Below are positions 1-12,040 of a DNA stretch of 44,411 nucleotides, piece after piece. Both the position numbers and the translations under genes were made by a program. Under the pieces are notes generated by a model. The model had not been told where the DNA came from and searched no databases. It saw only the letters and a list, made by a program, of their open reading frames with translations. Every line of letters starts with the position of its first letter. The first letter of the stretch is position 1. The DNA comes from Octopus bimaculoides (Eukaryota): positions 61,152,813 through 61,197,223 of the forward strand of contig NC_068991.1 of assembly GCF_001194135.2 (NCBI RefSeq), given 5' to 3'.

Positions 1-656
1 ATATCATAAGGTTTTTAAACTTTTAAATTTTCATATTCAAAAGAGACAGAGACTTCAAATTCGATATATCGATTTATTCACCACTCTATGTTAACATTTC
101 TGTGCCAAACTTATCCAGTGACTGGTCCATTGGATTTAGACGTTTGGCACTTCTTCAGGAGTAGTTACCTTTCGAACAAAACACGAAAAAACACACATAC
201 ATAACTGTTATTAGGTCCTTAGGACATCGTTAGGTGTATATATATATATATATATAAATATATATATATATTCTTTTATTTGTTTCAGTCATTTGACTGT
301 GGCCATGCTGGAGCACTGCCTTTAGTTGAACAAATCGACCCCAGGACTTATTCTTTGTAAGCCTAGTTACTTATTCTATCTGGAACTTTTGCTGAACTTC
401 TAAGTTACAGGGATACACACACACACACACACACACACGCGCGCGCTCACAAATACATATATACATTCACTCACAAGGGTGTGTATTGTGTAAAAGATAC
501 GTGCCCAAAGTGTCTATCACACTGTCACAGACAACGTGATTCACAGCTTGAACCAACATTTGTGAGTGAAATTTGGTTATGAATACTTTACAGAAGTCCA
601 TCATGTGTGTGTGTATGCAAGTGTGTGTGTAGATATGTGATGTATGCATATATGTT

Positions 657-709
<53 letters not shown>

Positions 710-855
710 TGGGTATGTATTTATGTGTAGATACAAACATACTTCTTTCTAATTGTTAAACCAATACATTTGTTAAAACTTCCCTCCCATATTGTTTTCC
801 TGTACTCATAGCCTAACACACACACACACACACACACATATGGTATATATACATA

Positions 856-1072
856 CAGGGTGTTGATAAATTATCTTTACAACTTCCACAATTTACTGTA
901 TCTATTAAAGTCAAGATCCATCAATCAACTTTTTTTGCAACCATTGGAGCCCAACTTGAAGTGTTCTGATGTTTCTAATAAAAGTTCATTTGTTTGCCTA
1001 TGTTCACCCATAAACTCTCCTGAGTTATCCTTACTTTGCATTTTTTCTGAAAGGTAATTTATGGACACCCTG
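856..1072. mobile_element. Tc1/mariner-type MITE (217 bp)
   Basis: TIRs cagggtgttgataaattatcttt and aaaggtaatttatggacaccctg, flanked by TA at 854-855 and 1073-1074. Confidence 0.85.
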
Positions 1073-1096
1073 TATATGTGTATATGTGTGTGTGTG

Positions 1097-1141
<45 letters not shown>

Positions 1142-1274
1142 TCATCATCATCGTTTAACGTCCGCTTTCCATGCTAGCATGGGTTGGACGATTTGACTGA
1201 GGACTGGTGCAACCGGATGGTGACACCAGGCTCCAATCTAATTTGGCAGAGTTATATACATATATATATATATA

Positions 1275-2275
1275 ATTTTTACATCCATTTTTCTAGGTTA
1301 GCATGGGTTTTATGGATCCTTTCTAACACAGCTTCATGCTATTTGTTACATAGTTTTCACATCTCTTTTCTGAGGTTCAGCATCCTGAGATCAACTTTCA
1401 CCACTTCTGCCCATGAGTTCCTTGGTGTTCATTTCTACACTCTTCCTGCCATTGAAACCTCTTGGTATTTCCTTACCCATCTGGCATCCCTCATACGCAT
1501 CACATGTCCAAACCAACAAAGCTTTCATTGTTACACACTACAATTGGCTCCTTTTACACTGAATTTATGTCTCAGCTCATCTCAGAAGAGATAAACCATA
1601 TTGGTCATTCTCACTAACATTATAGACACATTTGGTGAAGCATGCTTCCTTCCTTTCTTTCCAACCTCCACATATTCTCTGCATTCACTGCCCACATCTC
1701 ACGATCATGCAGCATTAAACTGCATACACAACCAACATACAGTCAACCCTTTTCCTCAAGAGAGAAGCCCCTTCTTGCCAGCAAAGGTAATAACTACATA
1801 CATTTTTGCCATCTTTGTCCTTATTCTATAATGCTTTCAGAGCATCTAACTCTACTACCGATTAGGTTGCCCTGGTAACAGAAGCTATCAATTACTTCTA
1901 TAGAGATTTCCAAACATTGAAAGGAATTTCTTTAATGACTGTTCTTAAATGAGTGCTCAGCTAAAAACTCTTGTACACCTACCACATACAGAGCTTTCAT
2001 TTACTGTCAGCTTCCCAGTGGGGCCAGTACCCTTCTTGTGTACATCATATAGAATTCTTACATTCATTTTCTTCTGCATATTGAGGCACCACCATTTCCC
2101 TTCGGGAAATATCTATTTCTAAAACTTTGGTCTTCACTAAGTTTACCCTGAAGCTCTCAATTCTAGGTTTTGCTTTTAAGCCAGGAATTTCTTTTATGAG
2201 TCCTTCACAGACTCCGTTATAAAGACCAAGAGACCAAGTTATCAGCTTATGAAAGTTCCCACAGACAGCCATGGA
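1275..2275 (-). mobile_element. Decayed RTE-clade LINE, 3' part of ORF2 plus 3' tail
   Basis: Minus-strand peptides RVNLVKTKVL, EVIDSFCYQG, LLPLLARRGFSL, MWAVNAENMWRLERKE, LCWFGHVMRM and WAEVVKVDLRML occur in RTE order, with stops and frameshifts. Ends in a cccatgct-type tail. Confidence 0.85.
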
Positions 2276-3351
2276 GAACTATAATAAATCAATATCATAT
2301 TAATGTCTGCTTTTCCAATATTTGCATGGGTCAGATGGAACTTACTGTGGCAAATTTTCTATGGCCAGATGCCCTTCCAGTCACCAACACTGACCTATTT
2401 CTAAGCAAATTAATATTTCCCTATGACCAGACAATTTTTATGCACAATATTGGAAATGAACAACACTGCTTGTTTGATGGTGACACTCATTTACAGCTAT
2501 CACACAATGTCAAGACAAAGACAGACAGACAGAAACACACATTCACATGATAAGCTTCTTTCAGTTTCCATGTCCCAAATGGACCCACAATGCTTTGGTT
2601 AACTTGGAGCTATAGAAGAGGACACTTGCCTAAGGTACCACACAGTGGGACTGAACTTGTAACCATGTGTTTGGGAAGCAAACTTCTTAATCAGCACCTG
2701 ATGTGTAAGCACTAAAGTGGAAAAATTGGCCATTAGACCAAAGTACTTTATGACATCCTGTCCTTTTCCTTTATTTATTGTCTACTAAAAATTTATTTTA
2801 GTGCCCATGATCACTGACATAGTTATGTTACTAAATGCTCAAATAACAAACGACCCAGCATAAGTTTAAATACAGAAAGAAGATCATTGTAACTTGAATT
2901 CCACAAACTTAGCCTGTAAGCAAAACAGTGAAAGTATACAAGACTACAACACTTCACTCTTTCTCATAGAAAGATTTCCCAGGCATAAGCAGACATACAA
3001 GCAGAGATACAGACAGACAGAAATATGCACACAGGCAGATTACTAAATACACGGATATACATACACACACACAAATTATGTAGGCCTTTTTGCTATTCAT
3101 ATTACTAAAAGAGATAGGTCACGAGCAGTACCTCCTTGTACTGACTAAGGTATAAAAATATACACAACAGTCAATTTACAGTGATGTCCTATACTTTGCT
3201 TGTTGAAGGAAAAGTGAAGTAGACTTCTGTGGGATTTCAACTCAGAAACCGTAAAGGGACATAATCAAGCCCTACTAATTCCATCATCCATTAAACTACA
3301 CATATTCATACATATACACACACAGAGTATATTTATATATTATTATATATG

Positions 3352-3843
3352 TCTTTTATCTTTTTGTTGTTACAGCCATAAGACATCAGCTATGTTGGGG
3401 CACTGTCTTGAAGAATTCTAGCAGCACTTAGTCTATCAGTCTCCTTTGTCAAACCATTAAGATATGGGAATGTAAACACACCAACACCAGTTGTCAGGTG
3501 ATGGTAGGACACATACCCACACACATGCATATATGTACATAATATACACGTAATATATACAGGGTGCAGTGAATAAACTGTCATCTAAACTACCCAAAAA
3601 TGAAAATAACACTGACATCTCATTTTCATCATCATCATCATCATCATCATTTAACGTCCGCTTTCCATGCTAGCATGGGTTGGACAATTTGACTGGGGAC
3701 TGGCGAACCAGATAGCTACACCAGCCTCCAATCTGATCTGGCAGAGTTTCTACAGCTGGATGCCCTTCCTAACGCCAACCACTCAGAGAGTGTAGTGGGT
3801 GCTTTTTACGTACCACTGGCATGAGGGCCAGTCTGGCGGCACA

Positions 3844-3885
<42 letters not shown>

Positions 3886-4032
3886 GGGCTTCTTTCAGTT
3901 TCTGTCAACCAAATTTACTTGGTCTAAAGCTATAGTAGAAGACACTTGCCCAAGGTTCCACGTGGTGGGACTGAACCTGGAACCATCTGGTTAGGGAAGC
4001 AAACTTCTTATCACAGAGCTATGCCTGCACCA
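3352..4032 (-). mobile_element. SINE family B copy (tRNA head, CORE-like ttgggcaagtgtcttc segment, internal microsatellite) split by insertions
   Basis: Tail at 3352-3512 and head at 3883-4032 match the full copies at 8104-8528 and 11518-11980. The intervening DNA holds a TIR-like fragment and an RTE-tailed element. Confidence 0.7.
3627..3842 (-). mobile_element. RTE-tailed short element (family D)
   Basis: (CAT)n followed by ttaacgtccgctttccatgctagcatgggttggac and ggatgcccttcctaacgccaacc. Related copies lie near 1139-1250, 2290-2520, 19697-20000, 22525-22660, 25600-25840, 27845-28045, 36045-36290, 38000-38170, 38405-38540 and 43460-43790 (all minus). Confidence 0.85.
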
Positions 4033-4170
4033 TGTGTATATTATGTTATATTTATTTCATGAAATGTCAGACTAATTAGTTACTTTATAGCTTATTTTCA
4101 AGAGCTGTTATATGTGAAATGATTGGCATTGGCTCTTTGCCTGAAATATTTTCACTTAAAAGAAAAAAAA

Positions 4171-4205
<35 letters not shown>

Positions 4206-4602
4206 CCCTCCTGCCAGTTGCATATGAGGTGATGGTGGTGGTGGTTTATCACTTGACTGTGATAAACACTTGTCTCAAGGTTGTCTTTCTCTCTTCAATC
4301 AACTGATCAAAAGAAATCTCTCAGTTCAAAGAATGTCAACAATTACAAAGGCCACAGATTACCTTACCAACCAGGTATTTCAAACAACACTGCATTTGTT
4401 TATTTTCTTTCTTTGTTTTTATCTCAAATGGTCACTACTGACAACCGACTGAAACCTGATCACCAAATTGTGAATTACTGAAGTACGAATGAATGAATGA
4501 AAGAACAGGGTTCAAAATAGAAAATATTGAAGCAGTAAGTTGACGTGAGCGACAGGACATTATTTAAGAGATAACTGGTTAATTAATGATTTAGAAGTTG
4601 GT

Positions 4603-5231
4603 GTGGAGGCGCAATGGCTCAGTGGTTAGGGCAGCGGGCTCGCAGTCATAGGATCGCGGTTTCGATTCCCAGACCGGGCGTTGTGAGTGTTTATTGAGCG
4701 AAAACACCTAAAGCTCCACGAGGCTCCGGCAGGGGATGGTGGCGAACCCTGCTGTACTCTTTCACCACAACTTTCTCTCACTCTTACTTCCTGTTTCTGT
4801 TGTGCCTGTAATTCAAAGGGTCAGCCTTGTCACACTGTGTCACGCTGAATATCCCTGAGAACTACGTTAAGGGTACACGTGTCTGTGGAGTGCTCAGTCA
4901 CTTGCANNNNNNNNNNCGGGCGTTGTGAGTGTTTATTGAGCGAAAACACCTAAAGCTCCACGAGGCTCCGGCAGGGGATGGTGGCGAACCCTGCTGTACT
5001 CTTTCACCACAACTTTCTCTCACTCTTACTTCCTGTTTCTGTTGTGCCTGTAATTCAAAGGGTCAGCCTTGTCACACTGTGTCACGCTGAATATCCCTGA
5101 GAACTACGTTAAGGGTACACGTGTCTGTGGAGTGCTCAGTCACTTGCACGTTAATTTCACGAGCAGGTTGTTCCGTTGATCGGATCAACTGGAACCCTCA
5201 ACGCCATAAGCGAGGGAGTGCCAACAACAAC
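4603..5231 (+). mobile_element. tRNA-derived SINE family A, with an internal 232 bp assembly duplication
   Basis: A-box tggctcagtggttagg, B-box-like gtttcgattccc, (CAA)n tail. TSD agaagttggt (4593-4602) / agaagctggt (5232-5241). Confidence 0.9.
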
Positions 5232-5728
5232 AGAAGCTGGTAGAAAAAATATGGTTCTTCTATGCAAGTTTTTATGCCATTAAAATCTATCCACATAGAG
5301 GCAGGTATGGCTGAGTGATATCCTAACCACTTTGATTCAGGTTCAATCCCACTGTGTGATACCTTGGGCCAAATATATGATACACTCTCCCATTGAAGAC
5401 AATGCATGTGTTCAGCTTTTACTGGACAACCTGCACAAATTATATGTTTATAGAGATCAAATCTATGTGCTGTATATTACCTCACTCCCTCCATCGAATT
5501 GGCGTTGCATGAACAGGGGCACGGTGTACTACACATCAGGTGTTGAAATAATTGCAGTGCACTGAGAGATGAATAATTTTGCTATATCCAGGTGAGTGGA
5601 CAAACAAAAGAAAGAGGCACTCAACACATTTAGCAGGAAGTAGTTTCACCTACCTGAGCCCGAAACTCTAGCTTTCTGTAAGAAGCCTACAAAACTTTAA
5701 TTGGATGAGGCTGAATCAAACTGTTTTA

Positions 5729-5784
<56 letters not shown>

Positions 5785-5785
<1 letters not shown>

Positions 5786-6225
5786 CTTTGCTACTAAGGC
5801 ACAGGTCCTGAAATTTTGGGGTGAGGGGATAAGTCGATTACATTGACCCTAGCGTGTAACTGGTACTTATTTCATTGACCCTCAAAGGTTGAAAAGCAAA
5901 GTCGACATCAGTGGAATTTGAGCTCAGAATGAAAAAACCAATGAAATGCTGCTAACCATTTTGCCCAGCACACAACAAATCAGCCACTTCACCACCTTAA
6001 TAATAATAATAATCCTTTCTACTAAAGGCACAAGGCCTGAAATTTTGTGGGAGGGGACTAGTTGATAACATCGACCCCAGTGTTTCACTGGTACTTAATT
6101 TATCAATGCCGAAAGGATGGAAAGCAAAGTCGACCTCAGTGGAATTAGAACCCAGAACATAAAGAAAGACAAAATGATGCTGAGCATTTTACCCAGCATG
6201 CTAACAATTCTGACAGCTTGCCACT
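5785..6225 (-). mobile_element. Two tandem copies of tRNA-derived SINE family C
   Basis: Copies at about 5785-5995 and 6013-6225, each ending in (TTA)n. They share the gtcgactttgc..ttcatcctttc..ggtc.at.aa.taagtaccag central segment with 7240-7692, 14088-14300 and 21278-21500. Confidence 0.8.
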
Positions 6226-6289
6226 TAACAATAATAATATATTGATGCGTGTACATAGGTGTTACTGCCTCCTTGCTTTGACATCACAT

Positions 6290-6720
6290 GATAAAGATTG
6301 TAAACAAGTGTCACTGTTATGCCCCGTCCTTCAATTCCAATCTTGCATGAAAGCATGTCAGGTTGGGTAGAAATATTATTTTGCTTGAAAACAGGTGAGG
6401 GCTGGTGACAAGGGCATCTAGAAAAATCCACCTTAACCCTTTCGTTACTGTATTTATTTTGAGATGCTCTGTGTTTCTTTCAATTACTTTAAATATAACA
6501 AAGAATTTAGTAAAATAACTTAGTTATCATTCAGCTAGTATTAGGAACATAAATTGTGACTAAGGTTTGGGAGAAGATTTCAATTTAAAACTTATGAAAA
6601 CAAGACATTTGTACTCAGAGCTAAAGCCGGTTTCAGCCGGGTTGGTAATGAAAGGGTTAATGAATTATTCCATCCAACCCATGCTAGCAAGGAAAGAAGA
6701 GCACTAAAATGATGATGATG
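6290..6720 (+). mobile_element. RTE-tailed short element (family D variant) interrupted by a piggyBac-like MITE
   Basis: aaacaggtgagggctggtgacaagggcatc precedes the MITE; ccatccaacccatgctagc and a (GAT)n tail follow it. Confidence 0.7.
6437..6656. mobile_element. piggyBac-like MITE (220 bp)
   Basis: TTAA at 6433-6436 and 6657-6660; TIRs ccctttcgttac and gtaatgaaaggg (1 mismatch in 12). Confidence 0.85.
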
Positions 6721-7239
6721 ATGATGATTTGGTTTAGATATTAAGATTTTTAAAAAAATAGATGTAAATGAGTAGATTCCAGCATTGATTAATTCTGTAA
6801 GTACAAACATCTTCCTGGGTATACAAAGCAGTCCTTTCATAACAAATATCCAGCCAAACGCTGCCTATATCACAACAAAGCTATACAAGTAATGTTATTT
6901 TTGTTGACTAACTAAGAAAAAACTTCAGTTCTAGTCGGATGGTATTAAGCCAGCAAAAACTGACTGTATTTATTTTAGATATACTGTGCTTAATTTGAGA
7001 TAAGAACAGGTAATCTCTATTTTTCAAAACTGTAACATATTGATTGAGGGGAAAAATCATTAAATTGAGGGATTATTTCAGACTCTCCTTTGTTAACTCA
7101 GACATTTCTGTCCGAGTATACAAAGAAAGTTAACAATGTTATTCTATTGGATATGTTTAAAAAATTATTTAAGTAAACACTACAAAAGCAAGTAAAGGAT
7201 GACCATCTGAAACTCACTTGACAAGTCACTGAGTTCAAA

Positions 7240-7692
7240 TTCTTATTTCTTTATTGCTTACAGGAGGCTAAACATAGAGGGGACAAACAAGGACAGACAA
7301 AGGGATTAAGTTGATTACATCGACCCCAGTGTGTAACTGGTACTTAATTTATTGAACCCGAAAGGATGAAAGGCAAAGTCGACCTCAGCGGAATTTGAAC
7401 TCAGAGCGTAACAGCAGCCGAAATACCGCTAAGCATTTCCGCTGGTGTGCTAACGTTTCTTATTTCTTTATTGCCCACAAGGGGCTAAACATAGAGGGGA
7501 CAAACAAGGACAGACAAAGGGATTAAGTCGATTAGATCGACCCCAGTATGTAACTGGTACTTAATTTATCGAACCCGAAATGATGAAAGGCAAAGTCACC
7601 CTCTGCGGAATTTGAACTCAGAACGTAAAGACAGACGAAATACCACTCAGCATTTCGCCCGGCGTGCTAACGTTTCTGCCAGCTCACTACCT
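7240..7692 (-). mobile_element. Head-to-tail dimer of SINE family C
   Basis: Two ~220 bp near-identical units joined at agaaacgttagca near 7460. Confidence 0.85.
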
Positions 7693-8103
7693 ACGACAGT
7701 TCTTATATCAAATTGTTGATAAGACTATTAGAAGCACAGGGGATGTTGTCGCCACATTGGCTGATATCTTTGAAAAGTTGGCAGGAATATAAAACTGAAC
7801 ATAAACAAAACAGAAGTATGATATAATTCTACTGAAGCAGAATAGCACATATTGTTTAGTGAGGTCCCTTGAGAGGAGGCTCGCGAGAGACAGGATGAAA
7901 TAACGGGTTTAGTGAAATACATTTTATTGAAGAGCTATGGCTGTGTGGTTAAGATGCTTACTTACTAACCATGTGGTCCTGGGTTCAGTGCCACACAGTG
8001 GCACCATGTGCAAGTGTTTTCTTCTATAGCTCTGGGCTAATCCAAAGCCTTGTAAGTGGATTTGGTACATAGAAATTGTATGAAAGCCCATTATATATAC
8101 AAG

Positions 8104-8270
8104 GCGCAGGAGTGGCTGTGTGGTAAGTAGCTTGCTTACCAACCACATGGTTCCGGGTTCAGTCCCACTGCGTGACACCTTGGGCAAGTGTCTTCTACTA
8201 TAGCCTTGGGCTGACCAAAGTCTTGTGAGTGGATTTGGTAGACGGAAACTGAAAGAAGCCCGTCGTATAT

Positions 8271-8316
<46 letters not shown>

Positions 8317-8528
8317 ATGTGTGTTTGTGTTTGTCCCCCCACCATCGCTTGACAACCGATGCTGGTGTGTTTACGTCCCCGTAACTTAGCGGTTCGGCAA
8401 AAAGAGACCGATAGAATAAGTACTAGGCTTTCAAAGAATAAGTCCTGGGGTCGATTTGATTCGACTAAAGGCGGTGCTCCAGCATGGCAGCAACCTAACA
8501 ACTGAAACCAGTAACAGATAAAAGATAA
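8104..8528 (+). mobile_element. Full-length SINE family B
   Basis: Head ggagtggctgtgtggtaag, B box ggttcagtccc, central ttgggcaagtgtcttctactatagcc, internal (TA)n/(TG)n, tail gctccagcatgg..ctgaaac. Other copies or fragments near 271-416(-), 2530-2697(-), 7933-8092(+), 9135-9665(+), 9750-10100(+), 13250-13515(-), 25060-25220(+), 36888-37095(-) and 39432-39580(-). Confidence 0.9.
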
Positions 8529-10217
8529 AATATAATGAATTTATTACAACTTGAAGAAATTTACTAAACATATTTTTTTAGATTTAGTAAATTGTAAAAA
8601 CAAACAAAATTATAACCAAGAAATTAAAACTGAAGAGGAAAAAAAGATGACTATCAACGTTAGCTATTTAATCAATTTGAATCACATGACGGAGTAATGA
8701 AAACTGTCCCGTCATGTATATCATTGCTGAAATTATTCCATGGTGATGATTTATGATCCACAGACATACTAGAGTTACCAAAATCAAGAAAAGGAATTCT
8801 GGTCCCAAAAGCAAGAAATCATTATAAAATGTCTCTGAATGACAATTCTGTCGTCACCGTCGTTATCACCACCGCCACCATCGTCGTTGTTGTTGTTCTT
8901 GTTGTTGTTGTTGTTATTATTATTATTATTGGTTTGAAATAAAATACAAACAGTGAAGATGTGAATTTCAAAATATTTTACTGGGAAAATATTTCACCAT
9001 CTTAAGGCATCAAGCAGAAATTGTAAACTGTTAAATTAAATGCTTCAAAGCATTTGTGGTGGTGGTGGTGGTGGTGGTGGTGGCAGAATGGGTATTTTTT
9101 TTGTAGTCTCTATTTAAAAAAAAAAATTTATTTACATGGCTGTGTGGTTAAGAAGCATGCTTTGCAACCACATGGTTTCAGGTTCAGTCCCACTGTATGG
9201 CACCTTGAGTACAATAGCCCTAGGACGACCGATACCTTGTGAGTGAATTTGGTAGAAACTAGATGGTAACCCACTGTGTGTCTGTGTGTGTATTCCATGG
9301 GGTGACATGTTAAAAAAAGAAGCTATGTCTGGTTACCTAGAATAAAGTACTCAAAGTCAGGTTTGAGAGTAAATGGATTAAATATTAATACACAGAGAGA
9401 CATTTACAAACACACACACACACACACAAACATACATTTACACACACACACACACATGTATGTTTTATGGGTTTGTTATCTCCACCACCACCACAACTGC
9501 TTGACAACCAGTGTTGTACCTGTGACTTAGTGGTTCAGTAAAAGTGACTGATAAAATAACAGATCTAAAAAAGAAGAAATAAGTACTCGGGACATTTTGC
9601 TCGACTATATTCTTCCAGGAAGTGCCCCAGCATGGCCACAGTCAAAACACTATAATAAGTAAAAGACAAAAGATATACAAAGAGAATGGTTGGGAATATT
9701 CCAGCAGTGTGCCAATACACACACACACACTCAAAAACAAAAACAATAGGCACAGGTTCAGTCCCACACTGTGGCGCTTTGGGCAAGTGTCTTCTACTAT
9801 AGCCTTGAGCCAACCAGAGCCTTGTGAGTGGATTTGGTAGACAGAAACTGAACGAAGCCCGTCATATGTGTGTGTGTGTTTGTTTGTGTTTGTGTGTGTG
9901 TGTGTTTGTGTGTATATATTTGCTTGACAACCAGTAGTGGTGTGTCTAAATCCCCTGTAACCTTTGCAGTTCGGCAAAAGAGATTGATAGAATAAGTACT
10001 AGGCTTTAAAATATATATATCCTGAGGTTGATTTCTTCAACTAAAATCCTTCAAGGCAATACTCCAGCATGGCCACAGTTAAACTGAAACAAATAAAAGA
10101 TTAACATTGTCATAAATGATTGTCAGACCAATCCCTTGCAACTGCCATGAAACAGAGAGGCCAACTCATCCGTTTGTTTCAACCATTTTCCCTTTGATGG
10201 CTCTTATGAAGACCCAG

Positions 10218-10606
10218 AGTGGAGGCACAATGGCCCAATGGTTAGGGCAGCGGACTCACGGGCATAGGATCGCGGTTTCAATTCCCAGACCAGGCGTTGT
10301 GAGTCTTTATTGAGCGAAAACACTTAAAGCTCCACGAGGCTCTGGCAGGGGATGGTGGCGAACCCTGCTGTACTCTTTCACCACAACTTTCTCTCACTCT
10401 TTCTTCCTGTTTCTGTTGTGCTTGTAATTCAAAGGGTCAGCCTTGTCACACTGTGTCACGCTGAATATCCCCGAGAACTACGTTAAGGGTACACGTGTCT
10501 GTGGAGTGCTCAGCCACTTGCACGTTAATTTCACGAGCAGGCTGTTCCGTTGATAGGATCAACTGGAACCCTCGACGTCGTAAGCGACGGAGTGCCAACA
10601 ACAACA
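10218..10606 (+). mobile_element. Full-length SINE family A
   Basis: Nearly identical to the copy at 4603. Perfect 12 bp TSD atgaagacccag at 10206-10217 and 10607-10618; (CAA)n tail. Confidence 0.95.
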
Positions 10607-11251
10607 ATGAAGACCCAGCATTGATTTACTGGCATCACCAGTTGTTTCAAAGCATTTGGTTCAGTTTCTCCACATTCCCAGGGTCAAATTTAACTAATCT
10701 TGACTGCTTTTCATCCCTTTGGGAATCAACAGAAATAAGTACCAATAACATAATACATTAGAACGCTTTTAATTGACTATATCGGTCCCCTGCAAATAAT
10801 TGACTTTCTTCCAATCTTGCTTCTGCACCCCCCACCTCACCTTCTGACAACAAAATTATCCCCCCCCCCCCAGTACATTTTAAGATTTAGCGCTATAGGA
10901 ATGTTGATGATAAATACTTCTTACAACATGGGGAGGGCATGAGATATAATGACATCCGAACCCTTTTTCAAGGACACGATAGCAGTACAATCAGATCCTA
11001 AACATGATGATGATGTTGATGATGATGATAATGGATTCTCCCAGATTATGCAACAGAGAGAAAACTCCCCTTGGTTTAGCATGGTCCATATCATATGCAA
11101 TGTAGTGGTGTAACCAATTCCTAGCAGAGCATCATTAAAAATGACATTTTGCTGTATTCTAACAACAAGCTGAAGAGAAGCACCAATGCAGTCATTTGAT
11201 CTACTAGAAATAACAGCCAAATTCTCACAAATCCACACCTTACAGTCTAGA

Positions 11252-11693
11252 CCTGGGATTCTCAACCATTTTTTTTATCTATGGACCCCTTTTGATTACT
11301 ATTTTATTCTGGTGGACCCCCATAACCATTTGATATTTAAAAACTGGATTTATAAATACTTCTTTCAAAATTCCTATTTTGATTTTCACACATCAACTCG
11401 TGTAGGTTGACCCATGTAAAATGTTAGAGAACGAAACCTATTTCTAGCAGTACATACCAATACACACATCTAAATAAGAATGTTTTTAGGGGCCCTTCAA
11501 ATACTATTGTGGATCCCCAGGAGTGGCTGTGTGGTAAGTAGCTTGCCTACCAACCACATGGTTCCGGGTTCAGTCCCACTGCATGGCACTTTGGGCAAAT
11601 GTCTCCTACTATAGCCTTGGGCCGACCAAAGCATTGTGAGTGAATTTGGTGGACGGAAACTGAACGAAGCCCGTCGTATATATGTGTATATAA

Positions 11694-11726
<33 letters not shown>

Positions 11727-12040
11727 CGTGTGTGTGTATGTGTTTGTGTGTCTGTCCCCCCAATAGCGCTTGACAACTGATGCTGGTGTGTTTACGTCGC
11801 TTGACAACTGATGCTAGTGTGTTTACGTCCCCGTAACTTAGCGGTTCGGCAAAAGAGACTGATAGAATAAGTACCAGGCTTACAAAGAATAAGTCCTGAG
11901 GTCGATTTGCTTGACTAAAAGGTGGTGCTCCAGCATGGCCTCAGTCAAATGACTGAAACAAGTAAAAGAGTAAAGAGTAACCCCCAAAAATCTTATATGG
12001 GCCCTCAAGGGGCCATCTGGACCCCAGTTGAGAACCACTG
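11252..12040. mobile_element. hAT-like MITE interrupted by a SINE B
   Basis: Left end cctgggattctcaacc, right end gttgagaaccactg. The ends and ggaccc/ggatccc subterminal motifs resemble 32601-32840. No clear TSD. Confidence 0.65.
11518..11980 (+). mobile_element. Full-length SINE family B
   Basis: Co-linear with 8104-8528, with a short internal duplication of cgcttgacaactgatgct.gtgtgtttacgtc. Confidence 0.9.

Noticed and set aside
136-162. Minus-strand CTGAAGA..CCAAACGTC resembling a hammerhead
   Set aside because: It lacks the G of GAAA and has neither helix I nor helix II.
4603-4680. tRNA-like A and B boxes
   Set aside because: They are SINE heads: no complete cloverleaf, and each is followed by a SINE body and TSD.
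7924-8501. Recurrent peptides such as DGLLSVSVYQIHSQ and GTEPGTMWLV in many ORFs
   Set aside because: They are antisense translations of SINE family B, not a gene family.
8776-8835. Phase-1-compatible candidate for C16orf89 exon 2 (TFYNDFLLLGPEFLFLIL)
   Set aside because: It has no polypyrimidine tract and no resemblance to the expected GQL continuation.
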